Positions 1-6,527 of a stretch of DNA of 64,000 nt are shown here, piece after piece (position 1 is the first letter of the stretch; each line of letters opens with the position of its first letter). Position numbers and translations under genes: made by a program. The notes beneath the pieces are model-generated. The model did not search any database. It was not told the DNA's origin and saw only the letters and a list, made by a program, of their open reading frames with translations. The stretch comes from Candidatus Omnitrophota bacterium (GTDB taxonomy: Bacteria > Omnitrophota > Gorgyraeia > Gygaellales > Profunditerraquicolaceae), in contig JAQUMX010000005.1 of the NCBI GenBank assembly GCA_028717885.1, positions 4,838-68,837 of the forward strand, given 5' to 3'.

Positions 1-1280
1 TGCGCATGTAAATGCGCTTCTGGTTCTTCGATTAATACTAAATGTAGCGGTGGAAAAAAATTCTTTTCACTTACTTTAGCTGCTGCCTTTTTACCGTCTT
101 TTCCTACTTTCATCCAGCTATCACGGAAACTCATTAATCTAAAAACTATTGAAATCAAGTTTTGATATCCCAATCCATTATATTCTTCAGGCAAGCGCGG
201 AGCCCCCCAAGATTCACTTTTTGGAGAAGTTACCTCATATTGGAGCGCCGAAGAATGATTCAAGCCATCTATTGGTTTAATTTTAGTCGAAATTATTAAT
301 TTTGGATCCGTAACTCCTGGATACCCCAAACCTTCTAATTCTTTCAGTGCTTCGCTAAAACCTTCTCTTAGTTTCTTATCAAACTCATCCTGAGCATTTT
401 GTATCGCCTCTAAAGCTGCAATATCCGAAGCCTCTACCATATCATCAGAAGGATTAATATGCCTATCATAGTAAGTTCGCAATTGTCCTGATAATCTACC
501 TTTATAATGACGCTCTAAACCTACTCTACCATCTGGTTCAGGCAAAACATTATCGGGATCCGAGAGACCTCTTTGTGCGCTAATCACGTCAATACGAATT
601 AAATCTTTAAATGGATTCCCACTTAAAAACTCGCTTGCTTCTGGTAGCGGTTGAGGCTTAGCAATTCCTATATTATCAGGGTCATTGAGTTTTTTAGGAT
701 CTAGCAAGTAAGGATGTACTTCGAAGTGATTCGCAAGGCGTTTTTCAAGAAAATCGCTCATCGATCTTGGCCATAACTTTACGGCGCATTTATCTTGTTT
801 CTTCCTGGTTTCTTCAATTGTTTCTTTTGCCGTTTTTATTGCAGTAATATATTCTTTATACAGCGCATCAACATCCTTTGGTTCGTAACGCAACCTCACC
901 CCAAGAAGCTCTTTGTCGCTCCAATCAAGTGTAGGTAGAATATGACAAACATGCTGAAATTCGTTTTTCTCCACCTTTAACCAAACATCCAAAGCAGGCA
1001 AAATCTCATTCCACTCAGCAAGCGTATGCTCTTGCGAATCTTTGACTGTTTGGGATTTTTCCCATGATTCTCCAATTTTATTAATAGTCCCCCAATTCGA
1101 TAAAGTGAAATCATTGGTACAAAAAGCATTTGTATCAACCAAAAAATATTTTAAAGCATCCATTGCTGAGGTCTTCCCGCTGTTATTCGCACCTACAAAA
1201 AGTGTCGTTTTATCTGCGAGCTCAATCCGAACAGATTTTAGTTTACGAAAATTTTTTATTTCTACAAATTTGATTTGCAT
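1..1280 (-). CDS. OLD-family / ABC-type (AAA_15/AAA_21-like) ATPase, N-terminal 426 aa; 3' end lies outside the window
   Basis: Absent from the ORF track because no stop lies inside the window. Minus-strand ATG at 1280 follows an in-frame TAA at 1289-1287. I checked every codon down to nt 3 and found no stop. N-terminus MQIKFVEIKNFRKLKSVRIELADKTTLFVGANNSGKTSAMDALKYFL carries Walker A GANNSGKTS. Internal ISAQRGLSD and NGLGYQNLISIVFRL. Last residues PLHLVLIEEPEAHLHA give the Walker B/D-loop. This motif set is typical of P2 Old, GajA, AriA and PtuA relatives. Any Toprim/nuclease part is off-window. Confidence 0.8.
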   Translation of the reverse strand, partial: MQIKFVEIKNFRKLKSVRIELADKTTLFVGANNSGKTSAMDALKYFLVDTNAFCTNDFTLSNWGTINKIGESWEKSQTVKDSQEHTLAEWNEILPALDVWLKVEKNEFQHVCHILPTLDWSDKELLGVRLRYEPKDVDALYKEYITAIKTAKETIEETRKKQDKCAVKLWPRSMSDFLEKRLANHFEVHPYLLDPKKLNDPDNIGIAKPQPLPEASEFLSGNPFKDLIRIDVISAQRGLSDPDNVLPEPDGRVGLERHYKGRLSGQLRTYYDRHINPSDDMVEASDIAALEAIQNAQDEFDKKLREGFSEALKELEGLGYPGVTDPKLIISTKIKPIDGLNHSSALQYEVTSPKSESWGAPRLPEEYNGLGYQNLISIVFRLMSFRDSWMKVGKDGKKAAAKVSEKNFFPPLHLVLIEEPEAHLHA

Positions 1281-1333
1281 AAGATATTAGCTGGAAAACT
1301 ACTTCGCAAGATTAGAAATAATCCCTGTCCTCC

Positions 1334-1537
1334 TCAATGGCCTCTTCCTTTTAAATAGCTTGCCTCTTGCTCGGGAGTAAGCTTAAATGTTCTGAAAGTA
1401 CCATTACTCATTTTTTCATATGTAAAGCCACAATAAGGACAAACTATATCTTCTTTTTCTTTTGTTCCTGGCATTGCTCCGCCCCATTCTGCCACTTCAT
1501 ATAATCTATTACATCTTTCGCATCTTTCAATATCCAA
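1334..1537 (-). CDS. small zinc-ribbon protein (67-73 aa), function unknown
   Basis: ORF track 1334..1555 (73 aa) begins at a TTG. The sequence GGAAGGAGGG inside those first codons is a strong SD placed 6 nt before a second in-frame TTG at 1537, so I prefer 1537 as the start. Two CxxC pairs (CERC ... CPYC) give a zinc-ribbon signature. Same strand as the neighbours, sandwiched between the REase and OLD-ATPase genes. Confidence 0.55.
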   Translation of the reverse strand: MDIERCERCNRLYEVAEWGGAMPGTKEKEDIVCPYCGFTYEKMSNGTFRTFKLTPEQEASYLKGRGH

Positions 1538-1644
1538 TAATATCCCTCCTTCCAAAAAAATATAAAGGCAACTCCCCTATTTCTTAGAGAGCTGCCTTAT
1601 AAGTTTTCATCCTAACCCATATAGGGCTCCTTTATGGGATTAAT

Positions 1645-2556
1645 CTAGTGATTTAAAATCTCATTTAATATGCCTTTTCTAGCAAATTCTATATTCAAGA
1701 TATAATCCATATCGTTAAAAGCATTTGTTATCTGATGAACTCCGCCTTTCCAGCCTACCCCGTCAGTTAACCAAATAAATCCAAAACCATCTTTCGCAAG
1801 CTCATTCTTTCTATTCGTATAGGAGTCTACAATTTCTTGAGGTTTCGAGCCCTGCCCGTCGTAATAGTTCACTTCCATATTATAAACTTTGCGCTTGGTG
1901 ATAATAGCATAATCGAATTTTCTATCTGCGAGCTTAGCTGGTATTTTCATTTTATATTCTTCTTGAAGATATTGAAATTTCTTTTGCTTCACAACCGTTA
2001 TATCTTTAATAGTATCTATTATTGGCTCGATTAGCTCTTCCATGGCTGTACCGCTTCTATTTTTTCTAGCATTAGTGTCGCTACCTGTTTCTACCCCCAA
2101 AAGAAAGTCTCTTAAATTCTTGATCTTAAGAGAAGAAAACAAATTGAATATCCCAGATTTATCACAAAAGGTTACCAACTCTGTAATTTCTTCATCCTCG
2201 AGTTTACCTTTTGCTTCGAAATCAAAAATTCTCAAACTTTCAGCTGGCTTAGCCCTATCCTCAATAACGGTAATTTCTGAATCATGCACTGCAATTATTA
2301 AAGGTATCACCGTAACAACTTCGGGATTCTTCTTTAAGATCTCTCTCAATTTTTCTTTGGGCTCCGCTATGCCAACCAAATAATTCAGGATGTTAATTTC
2401 GTATTCATATTTCTTTACATTAGCCTGAATCTTTCCCCAATCAACAAAATAAGAAAAGGTTTTGTTTGAAACCAATAGAGTTTCCTGAAATTTCCTTAAT
2501 AACTCATTGGTATTATTAATATTGTAGAATTTTTTGTAAACTGCTAAATTTGCCAT
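1645..2556 (-). CDS. type II restriction endonuclease, DpnII/MboI family (GATC-specific family)
   Basis: 303 aa. Blocks DKSGIFNLF, GVETGSDTNARKNRSGTAMEELI, RKFDYAI, MEVNYYDGQGSKPQE and FIWLTDGVGW line up with my recollection of R.DpnII (EKSGIFDLL, GVEVGMDTNGRKNRTGDAMENIV, KRFDFVI, IEVNFYSGSGSKLNE, FMWITDGQGW). Starts 5 nt after the methylase stop. Confidence 0.88.
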   Translation of the reverse strand: MANLAVYKKFYNINNTNELLRKFQETLLVSNKTFSYFVDWGKIQANVKKYEYEINILNYLVGIAEPKEKLREILKKNPEVVTVIPLIIAVHDSEITVIEDRAKPAESLRIFDFEAKGKLEDEEITELVTFCDKSGIFNLFSSLKIKNLRDFLLGVETGSDTNARKNRSGTAMEELIEPIIDTIKDITVVKQKKFQYLQEEYKMKIPAKLADRKFDYAIITKRKVYNMEVNYYDGQGSKPQEIVDSYTNRKNELAKDGFGFIWLTDGVGWKGGVHQITNAFNDMDYILNIEFARKGILNEILNH

Positions 2557-2561
2557 TTGGA

Positions 2562-3440
2562 TTATTTTTTATTAAACTCGTCTTTTAATCTTTTTATGGA
2601 AACATCCAAATAATCTTTTTCTAATTCAATTCCGATATATTGTCTTCCTTCTATAAATGCAGCAATGCCAGTAGTCCCGCTGCCCTGAAAAGGGTCTAAA
2701 ATTATATCCCCAGGCCTTGTGGCAGCTAACACAATCCTATTTAGCAACTCCAAAGGCTTCTGTGTAGGATGCTTCCCATATATCTTTTCTATCGGCCCCG
2801 GTGCTTTAATAGACCAAAGACTTAACATCTGTTTGTTGTTATTCATCTTCCTCATTAACTCGTAATTAAAATAGTGTCGGCTATTTTTATTCTTGGCCGC
2901 CCAAATAATAGTTTCTGTAGAATGAGTAAAATAACGACAGCTTAAATTCGGAGGGGGATTAACTTTAAACCAAGCTATGTCATTTAATATCCTATAACCT
3001 AGAGTTTGCATAGCAGAGCCGACTGTATAAATTATGTGTGAAGTTCCTGATACCCAGATTGTGCCGTTTAGGGTTAAAACGCGCTGACATTCCCTTAGCC
3101 ATCTTTGAGTAAAAATATAATTTTCCTCTACTCCCTTAGAAACATCCCACTTTCCTTTATTGACTGAAACCATTTTCCCAGCGTGACAAGTAATTCCACC
3201 ATTAGAAAGAAAATAGGGTGGATCAACAAAGATCATATCGATAGAGTTCTCAGGAATTCTTGGCAGGATATCGAAGCAATCTTCTTTAAAAAGAATAAAT
3301 TTATGCTTTTTATCTTCAAGATATGGCTTGAACGAAACATTTTTACTTAATTCAAAAATGTCTTTCTTGTGTGTGATTTTTTCGTGGGTAAGCGTAGTCA
3401 TGGGTATAAACGATGACGACCTATATATTTCTTCCTGCAT
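2562..3440 (-). CDS. beta-class N6-adenine DNA methyltransferase, DpnA (M2.DpnII)-like
   Basis: Motif IV DPPYFLSNGG precedes motif I DPFQGSGTTG (beta-class order). Also NLSCRYFTHSTETIIWA and GKHPTQKPLELL, as in DpnA. The track start (GTG 3449) overlaps the SD AGGAGGTG. The ATG at 3440 (MQEEIY...) sits 6 nt after that SD, so it is preferred. Confidence 0.9.
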   Translation of the reverse strand: MQEEIYRSSSFIPMTTLTHEKITHKKDIFELSKNVSFKPYLEDKKHKFILFKEDCFDILPRIPENSIDMIFVDPPYFLSNGGITCHAGKMVSVNKGKWDVSKGVEENYIFTQRWLRECQRVLTLNGTIWVSGTSHIIYTVGSAMQTLGYRILNDIAWFKVNPPPNLSCRYFTHSTETIIWAAKNKNSRHYFNYELMRKMNNNKQMLSLWSIKAPGPIEKIYGKHPTQKPLELLNRIVLAATRPGDIILDPFQGSGTTGIAAFIEGRQYIGIELEKDYLDVSIKRLKDEFNKK

Positions 3441-3490
3441 ATTTACCACCTCCTACTATAATTGACGTAAAAGGTGGCAAAATCTAACAA

Positions 3491-3703
3491 CTATTTTTTT
3501 CTTCCAGTTAACTCGTCTAAACCAATCCCAAATGCATCCGCAATCCTTATCAGTGTTTCCATGGAAGGATTGGGGGTATAACCAGCCTCTATTTTGGCTA
3601 AAGTACTGAAAGGTATATCTGCCTTCTTCGAGAGTTTGTCTTGAGTTATTCTATATCTACTTCTCAATTCTTTTATGCGCTTCCCTAAATTAACACTTGA
3701 CAT
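3491..3703 (-). CDS. XRE-family helix-turn-helix protein, probable R-M controller (C) protein
   Basis: 70 aa. LGKRIKELRSRYRITQDKLSKKADIPFSTLAKIEAG is a classic HTH_3 pattern. First gene of the co-oriented C-M-R operon, 50 nt upstream of the methylase. Confidence 0.75.
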   Translation of the reverse strand: MSSVNLGKRIKELRSRYRITQDKLSKKADIPFSTLAKIEAGYTPNPSMETLIRIADAFGIGLDELTGRKK

Positions 3704-3836
3704 ATATACCCAAGTTTTGATACTATAATTTAGATACCAAGTTAACCATCTTTATAAGTATTTTACCACAAAATTATTAATTTCAAACTATTTTCCTTAC
3801 CTTAAAATTGCGGCGGTTTTTTGAAAAGACGTTGCT

Positions 3837-3871
3837 GGGCGGGGCGCGGCCCCCCACCCCGCGCCCCGCCC
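3837..3871. repeat. perfect 13-bp all-G/C hairpin (GGGCGGGGCGCGG / CCGCGCCCCGCCC) with loop CCCCCCACC
   Basis: Arms 3837-3849 and 3859-3871 are exact reverse complements. The minus strand reads GGGCGGGGCGCGGGGTGGGGGG, four G-tracts. Confidence 0.9.
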
Positions 3872-4010
3872 AATCCATGGCTTTCTCAAGTGTTTATCGG
3901 GAGAGGCGCAGTATGCCGCACCGCGAGTCTTTAATCGTTAAATGCGGCATAGCGGACGAACCTCTAAAAAATTTTGTTTTTAGCTTGTAAGAATGTGTCG
4001 GGTGAGGACG

Positions 4011-4048
4011 CTGGTGTTGCGGCCGCCCCCACCCGGCCGCAACACCAG
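4011..4048. repeat. perfect 15-bp hairpin (CTGGTGTTGCGGCCG / CGGCCGCAACACCAG) with loop CCCCCACC
   Basis: Arms 4011-4025 and 4034-4048 are exact reverse complements. The loop is near-identical to that of the 3837-3871 hairpin although the stems are unrelated. The 3' arm abuts or overlaps module 1. Confidence 0.9.
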
Positions 4049-4210
4049 CTGCGCCGCACACGCATTGCATTAGCTCGAAGGCAGCCGGCCAAGGCTGCCG
4101 CCAAAGGAGCCCCGCTCCTAAGCGGGGCGACTGGTGCATTGGGAGATGTGGGAGCGCCCCCCAAGGCGCGGTGCATTATAGATGTTTCCTTAGAGACCAG
4201 CTTTACCCGG
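4046..4210 (+). repeat. GC-rich modular repeat, copy A (modules 1-2-3 with two inserted hairpins)
   Basis: Module 1 at 4046-4080. Hairpins GGCAGCC/GGCTGCC at 4080-4099 and GCCCCGC/GCGGGGC at 4109-4128. Module 2 at 4141-4178 (contains GCGCC-CCCCAA-GGCGC). Module 3 at 4181-4210. A 10-bp inverted repeat 4185-4194/4271-4280 closes a further long hairpin. Confidence 0.7.
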
Positions 4211-4290
4211 TATTATAAACAAAAACGGTAAAAGGCGGGGCAAGGCATTAACATAGTTGGAGAGGTTCTTTCTAAGGAAATTTTATTTGC

Positions 4291-4336
4291 AGGGCGCGGG
4301 GATAAGGAGATGTTTCAGGAGAGAGCTTTACCCGGG
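4291..4336 (+). repeat. GC-rich modular repeat, partial copy B (end of module 2 plus module 3)
   Basis: GGGCGCGGGG...GGAGATGTTTCAGGAGAGAGCTTTACCCGGG parallels GGCGCGGTGCATTATAGATGTTTCCTTAGAGACCAGCTTTACCCGG of copy A. Confidence 0.55.
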
Positions 4337-4445
4337 GGTTTTAGAGGCGATCAAAATTTGATTCGATTCCTGGAATATCTGGACCCCATATTATTATTTT
4401 GCCTTTCGGCGAAGAATTTGTAGGGGTATCTGTAAGAAAACAATA

Positions 4446-4565
4446 GGCTTGCTAACGCAAGCCACAGCTGCTCCGCACACGCATTGCATTACCACGAAGC
4501 GAGCGGCCCAGCGAGCGCCGTTAATCGGGAGATGTAGGAGCGCCCCCCAAGGGCGCGGGGCATTA
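4446..4565 (+). repeat. GC-rich modular repeat, copy C (hairpin + module 1 + unrelated insert + module 2), abutting the 5' region of the lipoprotein gene
   Basis: Hairpin GGCTTGC-TAAC-GCAAGCC at 4446-4463. Module 1 at 4465-4499 (32/35 identical to 4046-4080). Module 2 at 4527-4565 (36/39 matches to 4141-4178, including a 1-nt indel). Ends about 30 nt before the AGGAGG SD of the 4605 CDS. Confidence 0.7.
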
Positions 4566-4604
4566 GTGATATTTCTAAAAAATAATAATAGGAGGCTTTT
4601 TGAG

Positions 4605-5432
4605 ATGAATAAGATATTTTACCTATTAATATTAGTGCTCTTATTATCCGGTTGCGCCACAAAAATGGCTTATCTGAATACACAAAAACCACCTGAAGAG
4701 GTCAGAAAAGATAAGGATGATTGTCAGGTAATAATTGATTCCTCTGATTTTAAGGACGCTGGTTTAAAACAGAATAAATTCAATCAGTGCATGAAGGATA
4801 AAGGGTATAATGTTGTTTCAGAGGATAAGGCGGAGGAGGTCCAGGGATTCAAGGAGTTATGGGTAAAGTCGGGAACAGATTTCAAGGCCTACGAAGCGAT
4901 CTTTATCGACCGCGTAGACGTAAGTCAGGTGAAAGAAAAAAATAACAATATCCCCGGCACCAAAGTAACCGATAATGATATAAATAACCTGGGCGATGAA
5001 ATGTTAAAGCGCTTCTCCGGGATTTTAAGCGCTGTGATGCCGGTTATACGGGATAAAGAGGAGGCGGCCGGCAAAAAAGTTCTTTATGTGAGGTTAAAAT
5101 TGAATAATATTGCCCAGACTAAAGTCGGATTTAATGCAGCGTTACAAGTAGCAGGCCAGGTGTCGGGCTTGCCTTTGCCCGGAGGTCCGGCAGGGTCATT
5201 TTCTTTTGAATGCGCGATCGCTGATTTTGTCACCAAAGAAAAATTGATGGTTATTTCAAGCGAAACCAAGGCGGATAAGAACGCTTCTCTGGCGGGATTG
5301 GAAAAATTTAAGCACTGGAAGCGCGCATACAATATCATGGATTACTGGGCAGACCATCTGGCGGCATTGCTTGCCAAAGAGCGCGGCCAGAAATACAAAT
5401 CCCAGATAAGGATTAAAATAATTGATTTCTAG
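4605..5432 (+). CDS. lipoprotein of unknown function
   Basis: The track ORF starts at 4449, but its first 52 aa lie in the GC-rich repeat. The internal ATG at 4605 is preceded by AGGAGG and opens MNKIFYLLILVLLLSGC (signal peptide plus lipobox). Confidence 0.7.
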   Translation: MNKIFYLLILVLLLSGCATKMAYLNTQKPPEEVRKDKDDCQVIIDSSDFKDAGLKQNKFNQCMKDKGYNVVSEDKAEEVQGFKELWVKSGTDFKAYEAIFIDRVDVSQVKEKNNNIPGTKVTDNDINNLGDEMLKRFSGILSAVMPVIRDKEEAAGKKVLYVRLKLNNIAQTKVGFNAALQVAGQVSGLPLPGGPAGSFSFECAIADFVTKEKLMVISSETKADKNASLAGLEKFKHWKRAYNIMDYWADHLAALLAKERGQKYKSQIRIKIIDF

Positions 5433-5652
5433 CAAGTGAAAATTTCTTTATATGAAATATGGGGCATTCTCCCAGGACTTCCCCTTTTTCAGATAAGCTG
5501 TATACAGAGAGTCTTTCTGCCGCGCAATATTTCTGGGCGTCCTTACCGGGTTCACCTCTCAAATTTCCCAAGAGCTGTATATAGAGTCCTTCCTCTTCTT
5601 GAATATTACTGCTGAATCGTTACGGGATTACCTTATAAAATGATAAATTACC

Positions 5653-5704
5653 TTGACAGAACAAAAATTGAATGGTATATTTTAATTGTGAACACTTGTT
5701 CACA
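5653..5704 (+). promoter_or_regulatory. sigma70-type promoter plus palindromic operator of tetR-1
   Basis: TTGACA (5653-5658), 17-nt spacer, TATATT (5676-5681). This is followed by the perfect palindrome TGTGAACA-CT-TGTTCACA (5687-5704). Confidence 0.6.
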
Positions 5705-5731
5705 AATTAGATGGTATTCATGGGAGCATAG

Positions 5732-6343
5732 ATGAGCGTATTAAACAGGAAAGAAAGAGATAGGCAGTTGCGCAGATCCGATATCCTTAAAGCAGCAGAA
5801 CATTTATTTGCTTTAAAAGGCTACCATAAGACAACAATAAGGGATATTGCAAAAGAATCTCAATATGCAACCGGTACGGTTTATTTGCATTTTAAGAATA
5901 AGGACGATCTTTATTTTGGTTTGCTGGAAGAAAAATTGGAGCATTTATTATCTATAATTAAGGAAAAAACAGGGCAAGTTAAGGATGCGAAAGAGAAACT
6001 AGAGATTTATATACGGGAAGATTTAATTTTTTTCGAGAAAAACCAGGATTTTTTTCAGATATCTCTATTGGAAGGAAGCGAATTATACGCAGAAAGGAGA
6101 ATTTTTAAATCTCTCTTCAGGTTACAAATGCTAGAATATACAATAAGCATGCTCAAAGAAGCGCAAGAGCAAGGAGTTATCAACAGTGGTTTTGATCCAG
6201 AGAAACTCTCCGATGTGCTTGGCTCTATTATAAAAACGGTTACCCTCAAATGGCTGCAAGAGAAAGAAAGGAAGGCTGAAAGTTTAGTAAGCTTATCCGA
6301 CACAATTCTTAGGTTGTTTCTATACGGCGCTGCAAATAAATAA
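5732..6343 (+). CDS. TetR/AcrR-family transcriptional repressor (paralogue 1)
   Basis: N-terminal HTH ILKAAEHLFALKGYHKTTIRDIAKESQYATGTVYLHFKNKDDLY. Sits immediately upstream of the RND efflux operon. Confidence 0.9.
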   Translation: MSVLNRKERDRQLRRSDILKAAEHLFALKGYHKTTIRDIAKESQYATGTVYLHFKNKDDLYFGLLEEKLEHLLSIIKEKTGQVKDAKEKLEIYIREDLIFFEKNQDFFQISLLEGSELYAERRIFKSLFRLQMLEYTISMLKEAQEQGVINSGFDPEKLSDVLGSIIKTVTLKWLQEKERKAESLVSLSDTILRLFLYGAANK

Positions 6344-6387
6344 ACTTCGTTTTAACATTCTCACCGAATATTCTTTACAAGATTAAC

Positions 6388-6458
6388 TTGACAAAACCAC
6401 AAAAGAATGGTACGCTTTATTTGTGAACACTGGGTCATATAATGACATAATGTTCACA
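6388..6458 (+). promoter_or_regulatory. promoter plus nested-palindrome operator of the RND efflux operon
   Basis: TTGACA (6388-6393), 17-nt spacer, TACGCT (6411-6416). Then TGTGAACA (6422-6429) ... GTCAT-ATA-ATGAC ... TGTTCACA (6451-6458). The half-sites are the same as in the tetR-1 operator. Confidence 0.55.
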
Positions 6459-6527
6459 ATTACCCCGCGTAAATTTACAAAAGGTAATAGGGCAACTAAA
6501 AGCTTAGATCATCACGGAGAAGATATT

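Noticed and set aside
3808-4231. Four overlapping 60-85-aa ORFs on both strands in the track (3808-3990+, 3894-4139-, 3964-4176-, 3974-4231+)
   Set aside because: All are Ala/Arg/Pro/Gly-rich and mutually overlapping, lack SDs, and lie in hairpin-dense GC-rich repeats whose copies do not preserve any reading frame. This is a typical GC-rich artefact.
4341-4390. tRNA/tmRNA-like strings: GATTCGATTCC (T-loop-like) on the plus strand and GGGGTCCAGATATTCCAGGAATCGAATC (reminiscent of a tmRNA 5' end) on the minus strand
   Set aside because: The flanks of the TTCGATT do not pair into a T-arm. There is no acceptor stem, no tag reading frame of the ...ALAA type, and no 3' tRNA-like end with ...CCA context in the minus-strand read-out of 3840-4390.
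4046-4575. CRISPR array or ToxI-like tandem RNA repeat
   Set aside because: The repeats are long composite modules 130-420 bp apart with variable inserts. They are not short, regularly spaced direct repeats, and there are no cas or toxN-like genes.
4449-4604. 52-aa N-terminal extension of the lipoprotein ORF (track start 4449)
   Set aside because: The extension is translated from repeat copy C (MLTQATAAPHTHCITTKRAAQRAP...). A proper SD plus signal peptide/lipobox starts at 4605.
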